Positions 32,432 through 32,666 of a stretch of DNA of 32,666 bases are shown in pieces (positions within the stretch are counted from its first letter, which is position 1; the number at the start of each line of letters is the position of its first letter). The notes under the pieces were generated by a model. It had not been told where the DNA came from and made no database searches. It saw nothing but the letters and a program-made list of their open reading frames with translations. The position numbers and the translations under genes are program-made. The stretch comes from Conidiobolus incongruus B7586 (lineage: Eukaryota): contig JNEM01009181.1 of the NCBI GenBank assembly GCA_000697335.1, forward strand, positions 1-32,666, written 5' to 3'.

Positions 32432-32666
32432 AGATTGAGGTGTCCTTATTAGGAGACGCTCTAATCTTTGAATGCTTCTCAGCGTAGGCATGATAGGCAT
32501 TGGTCTTTTTAACGCTATTATAGCGTTCCCAAGTAGCTTCATTTTTAGGGTATCCTTTCCATTGGACGAGGTATAGATCTTGGTTATAATAGCGTCTATG
32601 GCCGAGGATTTTATCGACGATGAAAGGATGATCTTGTTGATTACTTTGGGAAGGTGGTTTACGATA
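32430..32666 (-). CDS. Pol/integrase C-terminal chromodomain (partial, 78 aa in window)
   Basis: Open frame ...PFIVDKILGHRRYYNQDLYLVQWKGYPKNEATWERY... ending at TGA 32432-32430. It is not in the ORF track. Confidence 0.9.
   Translation of the reverse strand, partial: YRKPPSQSNQQDHPFIVDKILGHRRYYNQDLYLVQWKGYPKNEATWERYNSVKKTNAYHAYAEKHSKIRASPNKDTSI

Larger units (their letters stand above)
32219..32666 (-). mobile_element. 3' end of Ty3/gypsy chromovirus LTR retrotransposon (continues beyond window)
   Basis: On the minus strand the order is chromodomain ORF, stop, polypurine tract, then an LTR starting TG. Confidence 0.9.

Overview
Very AT-rich eukaryotic (fungal) DNA with short GT-AG introns of about 40-60 nt. 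The style suggests an early-diverging fungus such as a Conidiobolus-like entomophthoralean, which is inference only. Positions 1-26.3 kb hold a head-to-tail tandem array of at least six intronless Zn(II)2Cys6 transcription-factor paralogs: one 5'-truncated by the window, four intact (583-592 aa) and one pseudogene. The longest spacer contains a full-length 1.32 kb DD34D mariner that the ORF track misses (TA-flanked, 34-bp TIRs). Its transposase was destroyed mainly by CpA>TpA and CpG transitions, a RIP-like pattern. After the array come a 7-exon SNF8/VPS22 gene, a secreted GQP-repeat protein, a degenerate tRNA-Asp(GTC), a Rua1/DUF4451-type zinc-finger pseudogene, and the 3' end of a chromovirus Ty3/gypsy element (chromodomain, PPT, LTR) inserted just upstream of that pseudogene. 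All alignments and counts were done by eye.
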